Of a DNA stretch of 64,000 nucleotides, positions 1 through 9,855 are shown piece by piece. The notes under the pieces are model-generated. The model was given only the letters and a program-made list of their open reading frames with translations. It searched no databases and had not been told where the DNA came from. The DNA is from a bacterium UBP14_UBA6098 (GTDB lineage Bacteria > UBP14 > UBA6098). Location of the stretch: the NCBI GenBank assembly GCA_002428525.1, contig DIWU01000003.1:16662-80661 (forward strand). Reading direction: 5' to 3'. Both the position numbers and the translations under genes were made by a program. Numbering within the stretch: position 1 is the stretch's first letter; each line of letters begins with the position of its first letter.

Positions 1-376
1 GCCGCGGATGGAATCGATATGGAAATAGTTATACTTTGCGCGCCTTTGCGATAAGGTCTGTGTGATGCCGTCCATCCAAGCAACATGCACACCGCCGTTG
101 ATATCGACCGCGATGTTGCGGCCCTTGGAGGAGTTATGTTGCATGTCGTAGTAGGTGTTTCCGGCGATATAGAGCGGAAGATTATGATACGGCGGGAACG
201 GAGGAATCGTATCGACCTCCATCGGCGCGAAGCTCTTGGCCATATTGACCTCGACCGGCATTCCATATACCGGAAGGTCAATACCGCCGTAGTTTTGTTT
301 GACAGCATCGGCCGAGCCAAGCGCCGCGAGTGCGACGAGGACTAACGAAACCGAAATCAGGGTTACACGTGTCATG
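1..376 (-). CDS. Secreted protein of unknown function, 5' fragment truncated by the window edge; paralog of the 2297..4492 product
   Basis: Minus-strand ATG at 376 (cat at 374-376). Translation MTRVTLISVSLVLVALAALGSADA... is a signal peptide. It is followed by ...FAPMEVDTIPPFPPYHN..YIAGNTYYDMQHNSSKGRNIAVDINGGVHVAWMD..KYNYFH.DSIRG, which aligns with the N-terminus of the 2297..4492 product. Antisense ORF 85..345 resembles antisense ORF 4139..4477, confirming paralogy. Confidence 0.6.
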
Positions 377-523
377 GAACCTCCATTGTTTGGTTAAATA
401 AATTATCGAAGGTAATATACACATTGAGTTTCTTAATGTCAACAACACTTGGCGATTTCGATTCTCAGAAGGCTATGTTAAGAATGCATTTGCGGATAAA
501 AAAAATTCTATACAATAATAAAA

Positions 524-566
524 ACTGCACCTTTCAATTTCTTGAAGGGGGCAGTTTTTTAGCAAC
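524..566 (-). terminator. Putative intrinsic terminator downstream of fhs (hairpin flanked by A-run/T-run, possibly bidirectional)
   Basis: aaaaaCTGCACCTTTCAAtttcTTGAAGGGGGCAGtttttt: an imperfect GC-rich inverted repeat followed by a T-run on the minus strand, just past the fhs stop at 591. Confidence 0.4.
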
Positions 567-590
567 CCGATGTTTTAAATCTCTTTCAGG

Positions 591-2237
591 TTAAAAAAGG
601 CCGGTGATAATTCCATTCGAGTCGATATCGATGCCCTCGGCGGCGGGTTTCGAAGGAAGGCCGGGCATGAGGAGAATATCGCCGCAAACCGCGACCAAGA
701 AACCCGCACCGGCATTGACATAAACGCTATCGACATTCAGGTTGAAGTCGCGCGGTCTGCCGCGGAGGTTTTTGTTGTCCGATAGCGAGGCCGGCGTCTT
801 CGCGATGATCACATGAAGCCTGTCAAAGCCGCAATTGCAAAGGTTCTTGTCGATATTGCCCTTAGCCTGAGCGGAATACACGACACTCTTAGCGCCATAG
901 ACCTTTTTCGCGATGGCCTCGATCTTGTCTTTAACCGGCATATCCGAAGTGTAAACCGGCCGGACTTTGCCGCCGCGTTCGACGCTCCGTGAAACGGTCT
1001 CCGCGAGGTCGATACAGCCCTCACCCCCGCCGCCGAAGGGGTCGCAAATCACGGCCTCGATACCGAGGGCCTTTGCGTGTTGGATCACGAAATCCATCTC
1101 CCCGCTCTCGTTGTCGCCGAACTTGTTGAGAGCGACAACAACCGGCACGCCGAACTGGCGCATAATCTCGATATGCGCGTCCAGATTCTCGATTCCTTTC
1201 GACAGAGCCTCCGCGTTCGGAGCGACGAGGGCTTCCTTGTCGAGGCCGCCGTGATACTTGAGCGCGCGCAGAGTGGTCACGAGGACGACAGAATCGACAT
1301 TGAATCCGCCGACCTGCGAGACGAAATCGAGGAATTTCTCCCCGCCCAAATCCGAGGCGAAGCCGGCCTCGGTGACAGTGATCTCCGAATGCGCCTGCGC
1401 AAGGCGAATCGCCTGAATCGAGTTAGTCCCGTGGGCGATATTCGCGAAAGGCCCACCGTGGATCAAGGCCGGTGTTCCCTCCGAGGTTTGAACTATATTC
1501 GGTTTGATCGCATCCTTTAAAAGCAGGGCCAAAGCGCCGACGGCCTTGAGATCGGCCGCGGTCACCGGCTTTCTGTCGGTGGTGTAGCCGACGACGATTC
1601 GCCCGAGCCGCGCCTTCATATCGTCGAAATCGTCGGAGAGACAAAGGATCGCCATAATCTCCGAGGCCACCGAGATAATGAACTTATCCTCCCGCGGAAA
1701 GCCGTTCTGCGTGCCTCCGAGGCCGACGACAATATCTCTGAGCGCCCTGTCGTTGATATCGAGCGCTCGTGTCCATGTTATCCGCCGGGGGTCTATTCCG
1801 AGAGCGTTGCCGTGGTGGATATGATTATCGAGCATCGCGGCCAGAAGGTTGTTCGTGGCGGTCACCGCGTGTATATCGCCGGTGAAATGCAGGTCGATCT
1901 CGTCCGAGGGCAACACCGATGATTTACCGCCTCCGGTGGCACCGCCCTTGATCCCGAAGACCGGCCCGAGCGAAGGCTCGCGAAGGGTGACTATCGATTT
2001 CACGCCGATCTTGTTCAGTCCCATCGACAGACCGATTGCCACTGTGGTTTTCCCCTCGCCGGCCGGAGTCGGGGTTGTCGCGGTCACGAGAACCTGTTTG
2101 CCCTTCGGCTTATTCCTCGCGGCAGAGATAACCCCCGGTTCGATCTTAGCCTTATAGGGACCGTAAAGATATAAGTCCCGTTCCTCAATGCCTATAGAAC
2201 CGGCGATCTCGACAATCGGCTTCAAACCGTCGCGCAT
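591..2237 (-). CDS. fhs: Formate--tetrahydrofolate ligase (formyltetrahydrofolate synthetase)
   Basis: 548 aa. Full-length FTHFS-family similarity, including the P-loop PTPAGEGKTT and the ...GLNVDSV.../...EAVICDPFGGGGEG... regions. Confidence 0.95.
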   Translation of the reverse strand: MRDGLKPIVEIAGSIGIEERDLYLYGPYKAKIEPGVISAARNKPKGKQVLVTATTPTPAGEGKTTVAIGLSMGLNKIGVKSIVTLREPSLGPVFGIKGGATGGGKSSVLPSDEIDLHFTGDIHAVTATNNLLAAMLDNHIHHGNALGIDPRRITWTRALDINDRALRDIVVGLGGTQNGFPREDKFIISVASEIMAILCLSDDFDDMKARLGRIVVGYTTDRKPVTAADLKAVGALALLLKDAIKPNIVQTSEGTPALIHGGPFANIAHGTNSIQAIRLAQAHSEITVTEAGFASDLGGEKFLDFVSQVGGFNVDSVVLVTTLRALKYHGGLDKEALVAPNAEALSKGIENLDAHIEIMRQFGVPVVVALNKFGDNESGEMDFVIQHAKALGIEAVICDPFGGGGEGCIDLAETVSRSVERGGKVRPVYTSDMPVKDKIEAIAKKVYGAKSVVYSAQAKGNIDKNLCNCGFDRLHVIIAKTPASLSDNKNLRGRPRDFNLNVDSVYVNAGAGFLVAVCGDILLMPGLPSKPAAEGIDIDSNGIITGLF

Positions 2238-2296
2238 TATCCCTCCTTATGATATATGACAAAAATAAGGCCGGCAAGGCCGGCCTTTAGGAATAA

Positions 2297-4492
2297 CTAT
2301 TTAAGCAATGTTATCTTTCGGTTCGCCCAATTCCCCTTGCCGTCGGTGGCGCGGACGAAGTATATTCCGCTCGGGACAAACCAGCCGTTGTCGGAGAAGC
2401 TGTCCCAAACCAAGCGGACACGGCCGGGAGCCATCTCGGAATCGAGGAGCCTCGAGACAACCCTACCGGTCATGTCGAGCACCTCGACCGTGTAATGGCC
2501 GTGTTCGTAGGCGTCGAACCAAATCGAGGTGACCGCGTTGAAGGGGTTCGGGAAGTTTCTGCCAAGGCGGAAATCCGCCGGCATATTCGGCGCGAAGTTA
2601 TCCTCATAGATATCCGAGCCGATCTGCTCGAGGGCGTAGGCCGCATGAACCAGCTCCGCGCGGGGAAGCCGGAGATAGGAGACCTCACCAAGAGAAACCT
2701 CTCCCTCGCCATCGATTGAGCCGGCGGGATAGGGCTTTAATCCGGCGTCTTTGTCGAGGATGAAGAACAGGTGAACATAGTTGTCAATCCTCTCGGCGAC
2801 AGACACCTCGATCTCGGAGTAGCACGAGCCTGTGGAACACGCCGGCGAGGCGGTGTTCGAGATATTCAGAGGATCGGACCAGAAGCCGCTGTCCGGATTA
2901 AACACCGAGCAATAGATCTCGGAATTCGGGAACCCGAGAAGCGAATTATCGACGAGAAGCGTTCCGGTTTCGCACCACCAATATTCGGCCCAGCGTTGCT
3001 CCCAGAATACAAAGATGTTGCCCTCTTCATCAACCGCGACAGAAGGCTCATGGCTCGGGCCCATTTGGGTATAGCGGAAACCGTCTTCGGGGCGGTAATC
3101 CGAGGGCGGCCTGAATAGCCAGTAGTTATCCCATGTCACCGTGTCGATTACACCGGTTGCCTCATCCCAGTGGTAGAGGCATTCGAGCTGATAGGCCCCG
3201 ACCGAACACGCGGCCGCACAGCTTGTCTCCCAGCCCTCATGAGGCGCGAGCACCAGCCCGCCCCAAACCGCATGAAGCACGCCATCGGGAGAATAGGTGA
3301 CATTAAGCTCAACCGGACGAAGATACGCCGGCCTATAAACTTCAACCGTCTCCGGCGGAGTCACCGAGGAATCAAGGGACCAGCCGACATAGATGCTCTC
3401 GGGATAATCCGAATAGACATGAACCATCGGCTCGGTCACTTGCTCGGCGGCGCTCCATGTCGCGCCCATATCGGAAGAACGGCGGATATGGATCGCCGCG
3501 GCATCGAGGATTGTCGTGTAGTAGTTCGCGGTGTCGCAATAGCAGGTATCGGCTTCGACGATCGGGTCTCTGCGGATATAGCCCATCGCGACCTTATTGT
3601 TGCCCTCGAGGCCTTTCCATGCGGTGATATCGGGCGTGATTCCGATCTGGTCGTTTTCGATCTCAACCGGAGGCTCGAAAACCAACTGCTTGATATACAT
3701 CTCATCCGGCTTAATAAAGCCGCGATAGTATAGCAAGCGGCTACCGCACTCCTCGCCGGTGAGGGGAACGATACCGCTCGAGTTCGAGCAGGTGCTGACC
3801 AAGAAAACTGTTGTGTCGATCTGGGCGATCTTCGGCCAAATAGCGATACAGTCTAAGGTCGGGTCCTCGGGAACTAAATACGGGGCGGGACCCAAAGTCG
3901 GGTTTGTGAAAGTGCAACGATACAGGCCGTCGGAGATATAATAGAAAAGATCGAAGGCCGCGTTGGTTTTTGCGTTGGCCGTGCTACTCAGCGCGTCGTG
4001 ATAAACAACAGTCGGAACGCCGGTTATATCGTCAACGGCGATATTGGAATAACCGGCTTTTAAACCGGAGTTAACCTGAACACCATCTAAGAGGCAAATC
4101 CATCCGGTTGCCGGATCGCCGCCCCGAATCGAATCGCTGTGGAAATAATTGTATTTAACATTCCTAATAGAATGCGTCGGCTGGGAGGCGTCCATCCAAG
4201 AGACATGAACACCGCCGTTGGGATCGACAGCGATATTGCGACCCTTGGTCGAGTTATGTTGCATGTCGTAGTAGGTGTCTCCGGCGATATAGCGGGTGAA
4301 ACCGTGATAGACGGGGAACGGCGGCGTGCTGTCAACCTCCATCGGGGAGAACGACCGCGAATAATCTACCGCCGGTGGCGCTCCTCCGATTGGGACATGA
4401 ACTCCCCCGAGCCGCGGCCGAAGGGCGTCGTCCGCCATAAGGACTCCGGCAAAGATCGTCGCCAGAGCGAGAACTAATAAAGCCTTCCTCAT
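2297..4492 (-). CDS. Secreted protein of unknown function with T9SS C-terminal sorting domain
   Basis: 731 aa. N-terminal signal peptide MRKALLVLALATIFAGVLMA. C-terminus ...NFPNPFNAVTSIWFDAYEHGHYTVEVLDMTGRVVSRLLD...SGIYFVRATDGKGNWANRKITLLK is a typical Por_Secre_tail (T9SS type A CTD). Confidence 0.8.
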   Translation of the reverse strand: MRKALLVLALATIFAGVLMADDALRPRLGGVHVPIGGAPPAVDYSRSFSPMEVDSTPPFPVYHGFTRYIAGDTYYDMQHNSTKGRNIAVDPNGGVHVSWMDASQPTHSIRNVKYNYFHSDSIRGGDPATGWICLLDGVQVNSGLKAGYSNIAVDDITGVPTVVYHDALSSTANAKTNAAFDLFYYISDGLYRCTFTNPTLGPAPYLVPEDPTLDCIAIWPKIAQIDTTVFLVSTCSNSSGIVPLTGEECGSRLLYYRGFIKPDEMYIKQLVFEPPVEIENDQIGITPDITAWKGLEGNNKVAMGYIRRDPIVEADTCYCDTANYYTTILDAAAIHIRRSSDMGATWSAAEQVTEPMVHVYSDYPESIYVGWSLDSSVTPPETVEVYRPAYLRPVELNVTYSPDGVLHAVWGGLVLAPHEGWETSCAAACSVGAYQLECLYHWDEATGVIDTVTWDNYWLFRPPSDYRPEDGFRYTQMGPSHEPSVAVDEEGNIFVFWEQRWAEYWWCETGTLLVDNSLLGFPNSEIYCSVFNPDSGFWSDPLNISNTASPACSTGSCYSEIEVSVAERIDNYVHLFFILDKDAGLKPYPAGSIDGEGEVSLGEVSYLRLPRAELVHAAYALEQIGSDIYEDNFAPNMPADFRLGRNFPNPFNAVTSIWFDAYEHGHYTVEVLDMTGRVVSRLLDSEMAPGRVRLVWDSFSDNGWFVPSGIYFVRATDGKGNWANRKITLLK

Positions 4493-4717
4493 CTTGCCTC
4501 CTTAGTTGTATGAATCATTTAAGTTGTTGATTTAACGAGTTTTCCCGATCGCAGTCGGGGAGTGCAGTCAAATTTAAAAATATTTTTAAATAACAATAAT
4601 ATATGAGCCAATAGCTTAAACCGGCACACGGCAAACGCATTCGTGTTAGCTTTGTCCTCCGCGACGACCCTTATGCAAAAAAACATATTTCAATATAATA
4701 TAAAATATATTCTGCGA

Positions 4718-7006
4718 TTACTCAAGTGATATTTTCCCTTCCGAACGAAGTTTTTCTATGAGCTCGATTTTCTCGGTTGCGGCGGAGAACGAGCTGTCGC
4801 GCTGAAGGGCGCGCTCGAAATCGTTGCGCGCGGCCCTGAAATCGCCCAACTGCGCGCGAACAAGGCCGAGGTTGTAATAGAGCTCAGCGCTATTCGAGCC
4901 GAGCTCAAGCGATCTCGCGAGGTATTTCAGCGCCGAATCCGGCCGACCGAGGTTTTCGTGAAGGGTTCCGAGAGCGAGATAGCTCTCGGAGAACCTTGGC
5001 GAAAGCTCAATCGCGGCCTGAAACCGCGCGAGGGCCGAATCGGTCCGCCCCCGGGCTAAACAGATCAGGCCGAGGTTGTGAAGCGCCCTTGCCCTGAGGG
5101 AGGAACTCGGTTCCGCACCGGCGGATTCTTGGGAATACCTGCCGGCGAGCTCGTATCTTACTATAGCCGGATCGGAGGAGTCCGAGGCCGCCCGCGAGAG
5201 GAATTCCTCCGCGGAATCGGCCATTCCAAGCTTCATCGCGGCCGCGCCCGCAAGCAGAAGCAGTCTAAGCTCGAGGCTATCCGCCGAAAGCCCCGCCTTT
5301 GCGACTCTAAGCGCCGAGTCCGGTTGCCCAAACTCGAGTAGAGACTGCGCAAAATTCACCCGCGGCGCAGACTCGAACGAACCGGCCTCGATCGAGCGAG
5401 CGCCGTAATCGAGCGCCGCGGCGGTGTCGGCCTCCAACCTCGCGAGCACACCAAGATTCGACAGCGCGAGCGCGCGCTTGCCGGATTTTGCCTCCCGCTC
5501 GAAGAAATCGCGCGCGGTGCGATAATCCCCCCGCCGAAATGCGACAATGCCCCTGTTTAAATTGGCGCGGTCAATCTCCGGGGAGGTTTCGAGGGCGAGC
5601 GAGTATAGAGAATCCGCGCTTTCAACCGCGCCGCCCCGAAGGTGAAGATTTCCGAGGGCAAAATAGCTCTCCGCAAGCCCCCTATCGCCGAGCCTTCCGG
5701 CGGGAAAGGCGCAACAAACCGCTATCCCCGCAATTAAAAGCGCCACCGAAGAGACTATCCGCAACCTCGATTTTACAAAAGGCTCCCCCGAGGCCGCCGC
5801 CGCTATCAAGCAAATAAGCGGAACTAAAAGCGGCAGGCGAAAACGGGCATTCACGAAAAACAGGACAACCGTCGCGGAATAGGCCAAGAAAAACAGCGCC
5901 AAGAGCGCGCGTTGTCGGTTCCACCGAATGAGCGGAGCTATAAAAAGTGCCGCCGGCAGTAGAAAGCGCCACCCAAATGGCGAACGAAGCGCCGGCGAGA
6001 AGCGCTTGAAGAACTCGGGGCTACCGTTGTTGCCGTGCTCGAGACCGGAGGCGAGAAGCAAAACCTTACGAAACATGAGGCCTGCGGCCCTTCGGGGGTC
6101 ACCCTTGAAGAAATCGAAGGCCTTTCGGCGATAATAGCGATCGAGTTTGTCGGCGTCGAGAGGCCGTCCCGCCTCGATTTCGGCGGTTCGCCAAGCCTCG
6201 TCGAGCGTCCAGTCCCCGCCGAATCCCGGAAGCACCGGTGTGATGCCGTCGGTTTCGGGGTTATTACCTAAATATAAATTTATTCCACCTTGAGTCGCGA
6301 TCAATGATCGAGAACCATAGGAAAGATTATGAATCGTCACTGGAGCGATAATGAGTATAGCGCCGCAAAGCGCGAAGGCAATCCGCTCAAACCTCACTCG
6401 ATTACCGCCCTCTGAGGCAAAGAAAAGCCACCCCAATAGAACCGGAAAAACCGCGAGGATATTGGGTCGCGTCACAGCGAAAAGCCCGGCCGAAAGGCCG
6501 AGAACAAGCGAGAATATCGGCCTCCTTCGAGCGGATTCTATAGTGAAAAGTAAAACTAATGCCGTAAATGGCACGAGGAGAAAATCCAAAAGGAGCCTCG
6601 ACTCGAACAAGGCCGGCATCGGGCTAAAAGCGAGCATCAGGCCGGCGGCGAGTGCCGAGCGCGTATTTCCGAAAACCCTTAGAGCTAAAAAATAAACCGC
6701 CCAACAACCACCAATCCCGATAAACCCTTGAACCAAGCGCACCGCCCATGGCCCCTCTCCGAAGAGCTTATAGATTAAAGCCAAGAGATAGGGGTAAAAC
6801 GGCGCGCGAAAGAAGGGAGCTTCTAAGGGAATTCCCCGAGAGATCGAGGAGGCCCAGAGATGATGAAAAAGCTCGTCGAGGCTCGGAATGGCGAAATAGA
6901 GGGTTTTCGACCAAAAAAGAAGGTGAAACGCTCGGAAGCAAAGCGCCGCTAAAGAAACAAGCGCAAGATCGGTCGCTATTTTGCGGTCGCTACCGGTCAA
7001 AATCAC
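4718..7006 (-). CDS. Polytopic GT-C-fold glycosyltransferase (PMT/ArnT-like, GT39/GT83) fused to C-terminal TPR repeats
   Basis: 762 aa. At least 10 hydrophobic TM segments in the N-terminal ~450 aa, with a DE motif in the first loop (PSLDELFHH). The C-terminal ~300 aa consists of degenerate 34-aa TPR units (...AxxYxxLGxxxxxxGxxxxAxxxxxxAL...). Confidence 0.7.
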   Translation of the reverse strand: MILTGSDRKIATDLALVSLAALCFRAFHLLFWSKTLYFAIPSLDELFHHLWASSISRGIPLEAPFFRAPFYPYLLALIYKLFGEGPWAVRLVQGFIGIGGCWAVYFLALRVFGNTRSALAAGLMLAFSPMPALFESRLLLDFLLVPFTALVLLFTIESARRRPIFSLVLGLSAGLFAVTRPNILAVFPVLLGWLFFASEGGNRVRFERIAFALCGAILIIAPVTIHNLSYGSRSLIATQGGINLYLGNNPETDGITPVLPGFGGDWTLDEAWRTAEIEAGRPLDADKLDRYYRRKAFDFFKGDPRRAAGLMFRKVLLLASGLEHGNNGSPEFFKRFSPALRSPFGWRFLLPAALFIAPLIRWNRQRALLALFFLAYSATVVLFFVNARFRLPLLVPLICLIAAAASGEPFVKSRLRIVSSVALLIAGIAVCCAFPAGRLGDRGLAESYFALGNLHLRGGAVESADSLYSLALETSPEIDRANLNRGIVAFRRGDYRTARDFFEREAKSGKRALALSNLGVLARLEADTAAALDYGARSIEAGSFESAPRVNFAQSLLEFGQPDSALRVAKAGLSADSLELRLLLLAGAAAMKLGMADSAEEFLSRAASDSSDPAIVRYELAGRYSQESAGAEPSSSLRARALHNLGLICLARGRTDSALARFQAAIELSPRFSESYLALGTLHENLGRPDSALKYLARSLELGSNSAELYYNLGLVRAQLGDFRAARNDFERALQRDSSFSAATEKIELIEKLRSEGKISLE

Positions 7007-7066
7007 CCCTAAAAGAAAGGCCGGGAGTGACCCCGGCCTCGTTTTTTCGGTCGGGCAACGCCCGAT

Positions 7067-9499
7067 TTATTTGAGCATAACCATCCGTTTGGAGATCGAC
7101 TTGTCGCCGGCCTCGAGGCGGTAAAGATATATGCCGGAGGGCATCTCGCGGCCTTTGTCGTCGCGGCCCTCCCAGATGATGCGATACGTTCCGGCTGTGA
7201 AGTTATCGTCCACGAGCGTGGTTACCTTCTCGCCGAGGACATTGTAAACCTCGAGCTTCGCCGGCTGGTCGGCGGGAATATCGAACTCGATCGCAGTTGT
7301 CGGGTTGAAGGGGTTCGGGGAGTTGCTCTTGAGGGCAAGTTCCTTCGGCAGATAGGACCCATCCTCGCCAACCCCCGTGACGCCGGTGACGACACAGCGG
7401 ATCATCAGATCGATGTTGTTCAGCGGCGCGGAGGCGCTGGCCAAATCGCTTGTGTCGATAGCGACGAGCGTTCCGAACTCGTCGAAGTAATGGATTATCG
7501 CAAATCCTTTGCGATCGACCGGAGTCGTGTTGTCGATACCGACAACCGGCATCTGGCTATCGATCGCGACACCGACGAACACGAAGAACGTCGAGTCCGG
7601 AAGACTCACGGGCGAGTCTGACAGATCGATAGTCACCCAAGAGCCGTTGGTCGGATCCGAATCGATAGTATGGTTGGCGTCGTAAAGCTCGGTTCCACCG
7701 TTGGGGATATCGAAGATGCCGTTATCCAGCACCATCACGCGCGCTGAGCCGCTGTATTTCGTGAAGAATTTGACATGAGTAAGACGAAGGGTCTGAAGAC
7801 CGGCCGTCTGGTAGAAGAAGTTCCCGATACAATCGCCGGCGACCATCGATGGGCCGAGGAAGCCATTATAGCTGAGGCCGCTGGTCGGGTCGGTGGCGAC
7901 ATCGTTCAAACCGTCGTCCCAACCGAGCTCGCGAACCTCGGCTCCGGGAACTGTGAATGTAGTTTGGAAGGTGTCGTTCGAGACATTGAGGTCGGTGCCC
8001 AAGGAGGTCCAGACCCTGATAGAGTAGTCACCCGGCTGAGTGAGTTGAAGCTGTGCAACCGCTGTGCCGAACTTCGCGGGGGCTATCGTCGGGCGCGGGA
8101 AGAAGGTCATCGTCGTGTCGTGCATATCAGGGAAGGTGATGACGCCGTTGACTTGAATCAGGCTCTCATCCGACATCCCGAGGTTCGAGACCTTAACAGT
8201 GAAACGACCGTAATCGCGGAAATTGAGCGGCCCGGTGACGACATCGGTCGGGGCGATATCGTGAAGCGGGGCATAGTTGCCCGAAATGGTGACATCGTCG
8301 ATCTTAAACCACTGGGACTCATTCGGTTGGCCGTCACCGCGAGCCATAATCATGATCTGAATGTCCTTGCCGGCGAACTCGAGAAGCGAATTCCTCATGC
8401 CGTAGGCGACATCATAGAGCACGCTCTCATCGTAGAGACGCCATGTCTCGTCGATATAGCCGGGACGGTAATAGTTATGGGACATCTGAACCATTGAGTC
8501 CGCGTCCAAATCTTTGACATAGATGACGATATAATCGTCGAGCGAGCCGTCATCGTTGGGATCGAAATCGGCGCAGTTGGTTTTGATATAGAAACTGAGT
8601 GTGCCGTTGAAGGTGTCGGCAAGGCTAATCACCGGAGAAACGAGTGTGCTATAGGTCTCCGAGCGGTTGTATGCAACCGCGCAACCGCTTCCGGTATTGG
8701 CGTCGGTGGTGGTCGCCTCCCATGTCATAAGCTCGCGGCCTTGAGAGGCCACCGAAGCGCCCGAGCCGGAATCGTAGAGAAGCGTGTCGCTGTCGCTTGT
8801 AATCACGATCTCGTCAACAATCCAGCCGAACATAGTCGAGTCGAAGGCGTCGGCGTCGCTGTGCGTCGGGCCTGTGCTGAACATCATGTCCGACGCGAAG
8901 ACAAATCTGACCTTCACTCTCCTGCCGGCGAAATCGGAAAGGGAGGCTGTGATCGTTTCGAAGGTGGTCGCGCCGTGAATGCCCGTCCATGCGGCATAGC
9001 CGGGGCCGAGGCCGCAGAAGCCGAAGCCCCAGAGGCTTGTGCAATTGTAGGCCGAACCGGCGCCGGGAGTGAGAGTCGCCCAAGTGGCGCCGTCATCGGT
9101 GGAAACCCACACCGCCGCGCCGTCCCAGCCGTCGTAACCGAAGGGCCAGCCGCTGGTTCCCGCAGGCTCGGTATTGAGTTTGTGCTTGAATGTTAATGTA
9201 GCGGTCATCGCGGTCATCGGAATAGAAACAGCCGGCATATCGAGGTATTGAAGCCAGCCGTCGTTGTAGCCGTTGTAGCCGGTCCCGCCGACATCCAAAG
9301 TCCCACACCAATAGCTCAATCCGTCATAGGAGTTGAATGTGTCCGCGTGCCAATAGGCATCTGTGTCGTCATACCAATACAAGTCGCCGACTTCCCATGT
9401 CATCGGCCCCTCGAAACCCTCATATAAAAGTGTATCGACCTGACCGAAGACGGCGCCGGCAAATATCGCTAAACACAGCGATAATAAAAGCCTCTTCAT
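7067..9499 (-). CDS. T9SS-secreted protein with MAM/jelly-roll-like domains, function unknown
   Basis: 810 aa. Signal peptide MKRLLLSLCLAIFAGAVFGQ. N-terminal LYEGFEG..W..GD.W motifs typical of MAM-like domains. C-terminal SPNPFNPTTAIEFDIPADQPAKLEVYNVLGEKV...SGIYLYRLEAGDKSISKRMVMLK is a T9SS CTD. Confidence 0.75.
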   Translation of the reverse strand: MKRLLLSLCLAIFAGAVFGQVDTLLYEGFEGPMTWEVGDLYWYDDTDAYWHADTFNSYDGLSYWCGTLDVGGTGYNGYNDGWLQYLDMPAVSIPMTAMTATLTFKHKLNTEPAGTSGWPFGYDGWDGAAVWVSTDDGATWATLTPGAGSAYNCTSLWGFGFCGLGPGYAAWTGIHGATTFETITASLSDFAGRRVKVRFVFASDMMFSTGPTHSDADAFDSTMFGWIVDEIVITSDSDTLLYDSGSGASVASQGRELMTWEATTTDANTGSGCAVAYNRSETYSTLVSPVISLADTFNGTLSFYIKTNCADFDPNDDGSLDDYIVIYVKDLDADSMVQMSHNYYRPGYIDETWRLYDESVLYDVAYGMRNSLLEFAGKDIQIMIMARGDGQPNESQWFKIDDVTISGNYAPLHDIAPTDVVTGPLNFRDYGRFTVKVSNLGMSDESLIQVNGVITFPDMHDTTMTFFPRPTIAPAKFGTAVAQLQLTQPGDYSIRVWTSLGTDLNVSNDTFQTTFTVPGAEVRELGWDDGLNDVATDPTSGLSYNGFLGPSMVAGDCIGNFFYQTAGLQTLRLTHVKFFTKYSGSARVMVLDNGIFDIPNGGTELYDANHTIDSDPTNGSWVTIDLSDSPVSLPDSTFFVFVGVAIDSQMPVVGIDNTTPVDRKGFAIIHYFDEFGTLVAIDTSDLASASAPLNNIDLMIRCVVTGVTGVGEDGSYLPKELALKSNSPNPFNPTTAIEFDIPADQPAKLEVYNVLGEKVTTLVDDNFTAGTYRIIWEGRDDKGREMPSGIYLYRLEAGDKSISKRMVMLK

Positions 9500-9621
9500 T
9501 AATCCTCCTTAGTTGGTTGAATAATTAATCGCATATATGTTTCATTATATTCGGCTTGCTCGATATGTCAAGACCGAAAAGCCAAAAAAACATATGTCAA
9601 AACTATCCATACAATATCACT

Positions 9622-9763
9622 CCGGGGCGTCGGGATAACTCCATCCTTTGGAAAGCGGGCTTTCAAAAGGATGGAGTTATCTCCGACAGGCCGGGCGGCG
9701 ATTTTTGACATGGCAAAATTTTCGCTCCGGCCTGTCGGCCCGCGCATGCGCGGCCGACGCCCC
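9622..9763 (+). repeat. Structured intergenic repeat, copy 1 (nested inverted repeats: outer GGGGCGTCGG/CCGACGCCCC, inner hairpin, CCGACAGGCCGG/CCGGCCTGTCGG, palindrome CGCGCATGCGCG), followed by TTTTT
   Basis: Direct inspection of the sequence. The same architecture recurs at 12563..12698. Confidence 0.8.
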
Positions 9764-9855
9764 TTTTTATTATGTTGAGTTTGAGAGCAAATAAATCTGC
9801 GTAAAGCTAATAAAATCTATTTGAATTTGGGAATAAAAAAGCATATAAATAGTAG

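Noticed and set aside
376-590. tRNA or small RNA genes in intergenic spacers (376-590, 4493-4717, 38309-38557, 44944-45175)
   Set aside because: These spacers are AT-rich promoter-like sequences with no cloverleaf-compatible GC-rich stems or conserved tRNA boxes.
7007-7066. Hairpin TCGGGCAACGCCCGA between two minus-strand genes as a terminator
   Set aside because: On the transcribed (minus) strand the hairpin is followed by an A-run, not a U-run. It may be an mRNA stability element or fortuitous.
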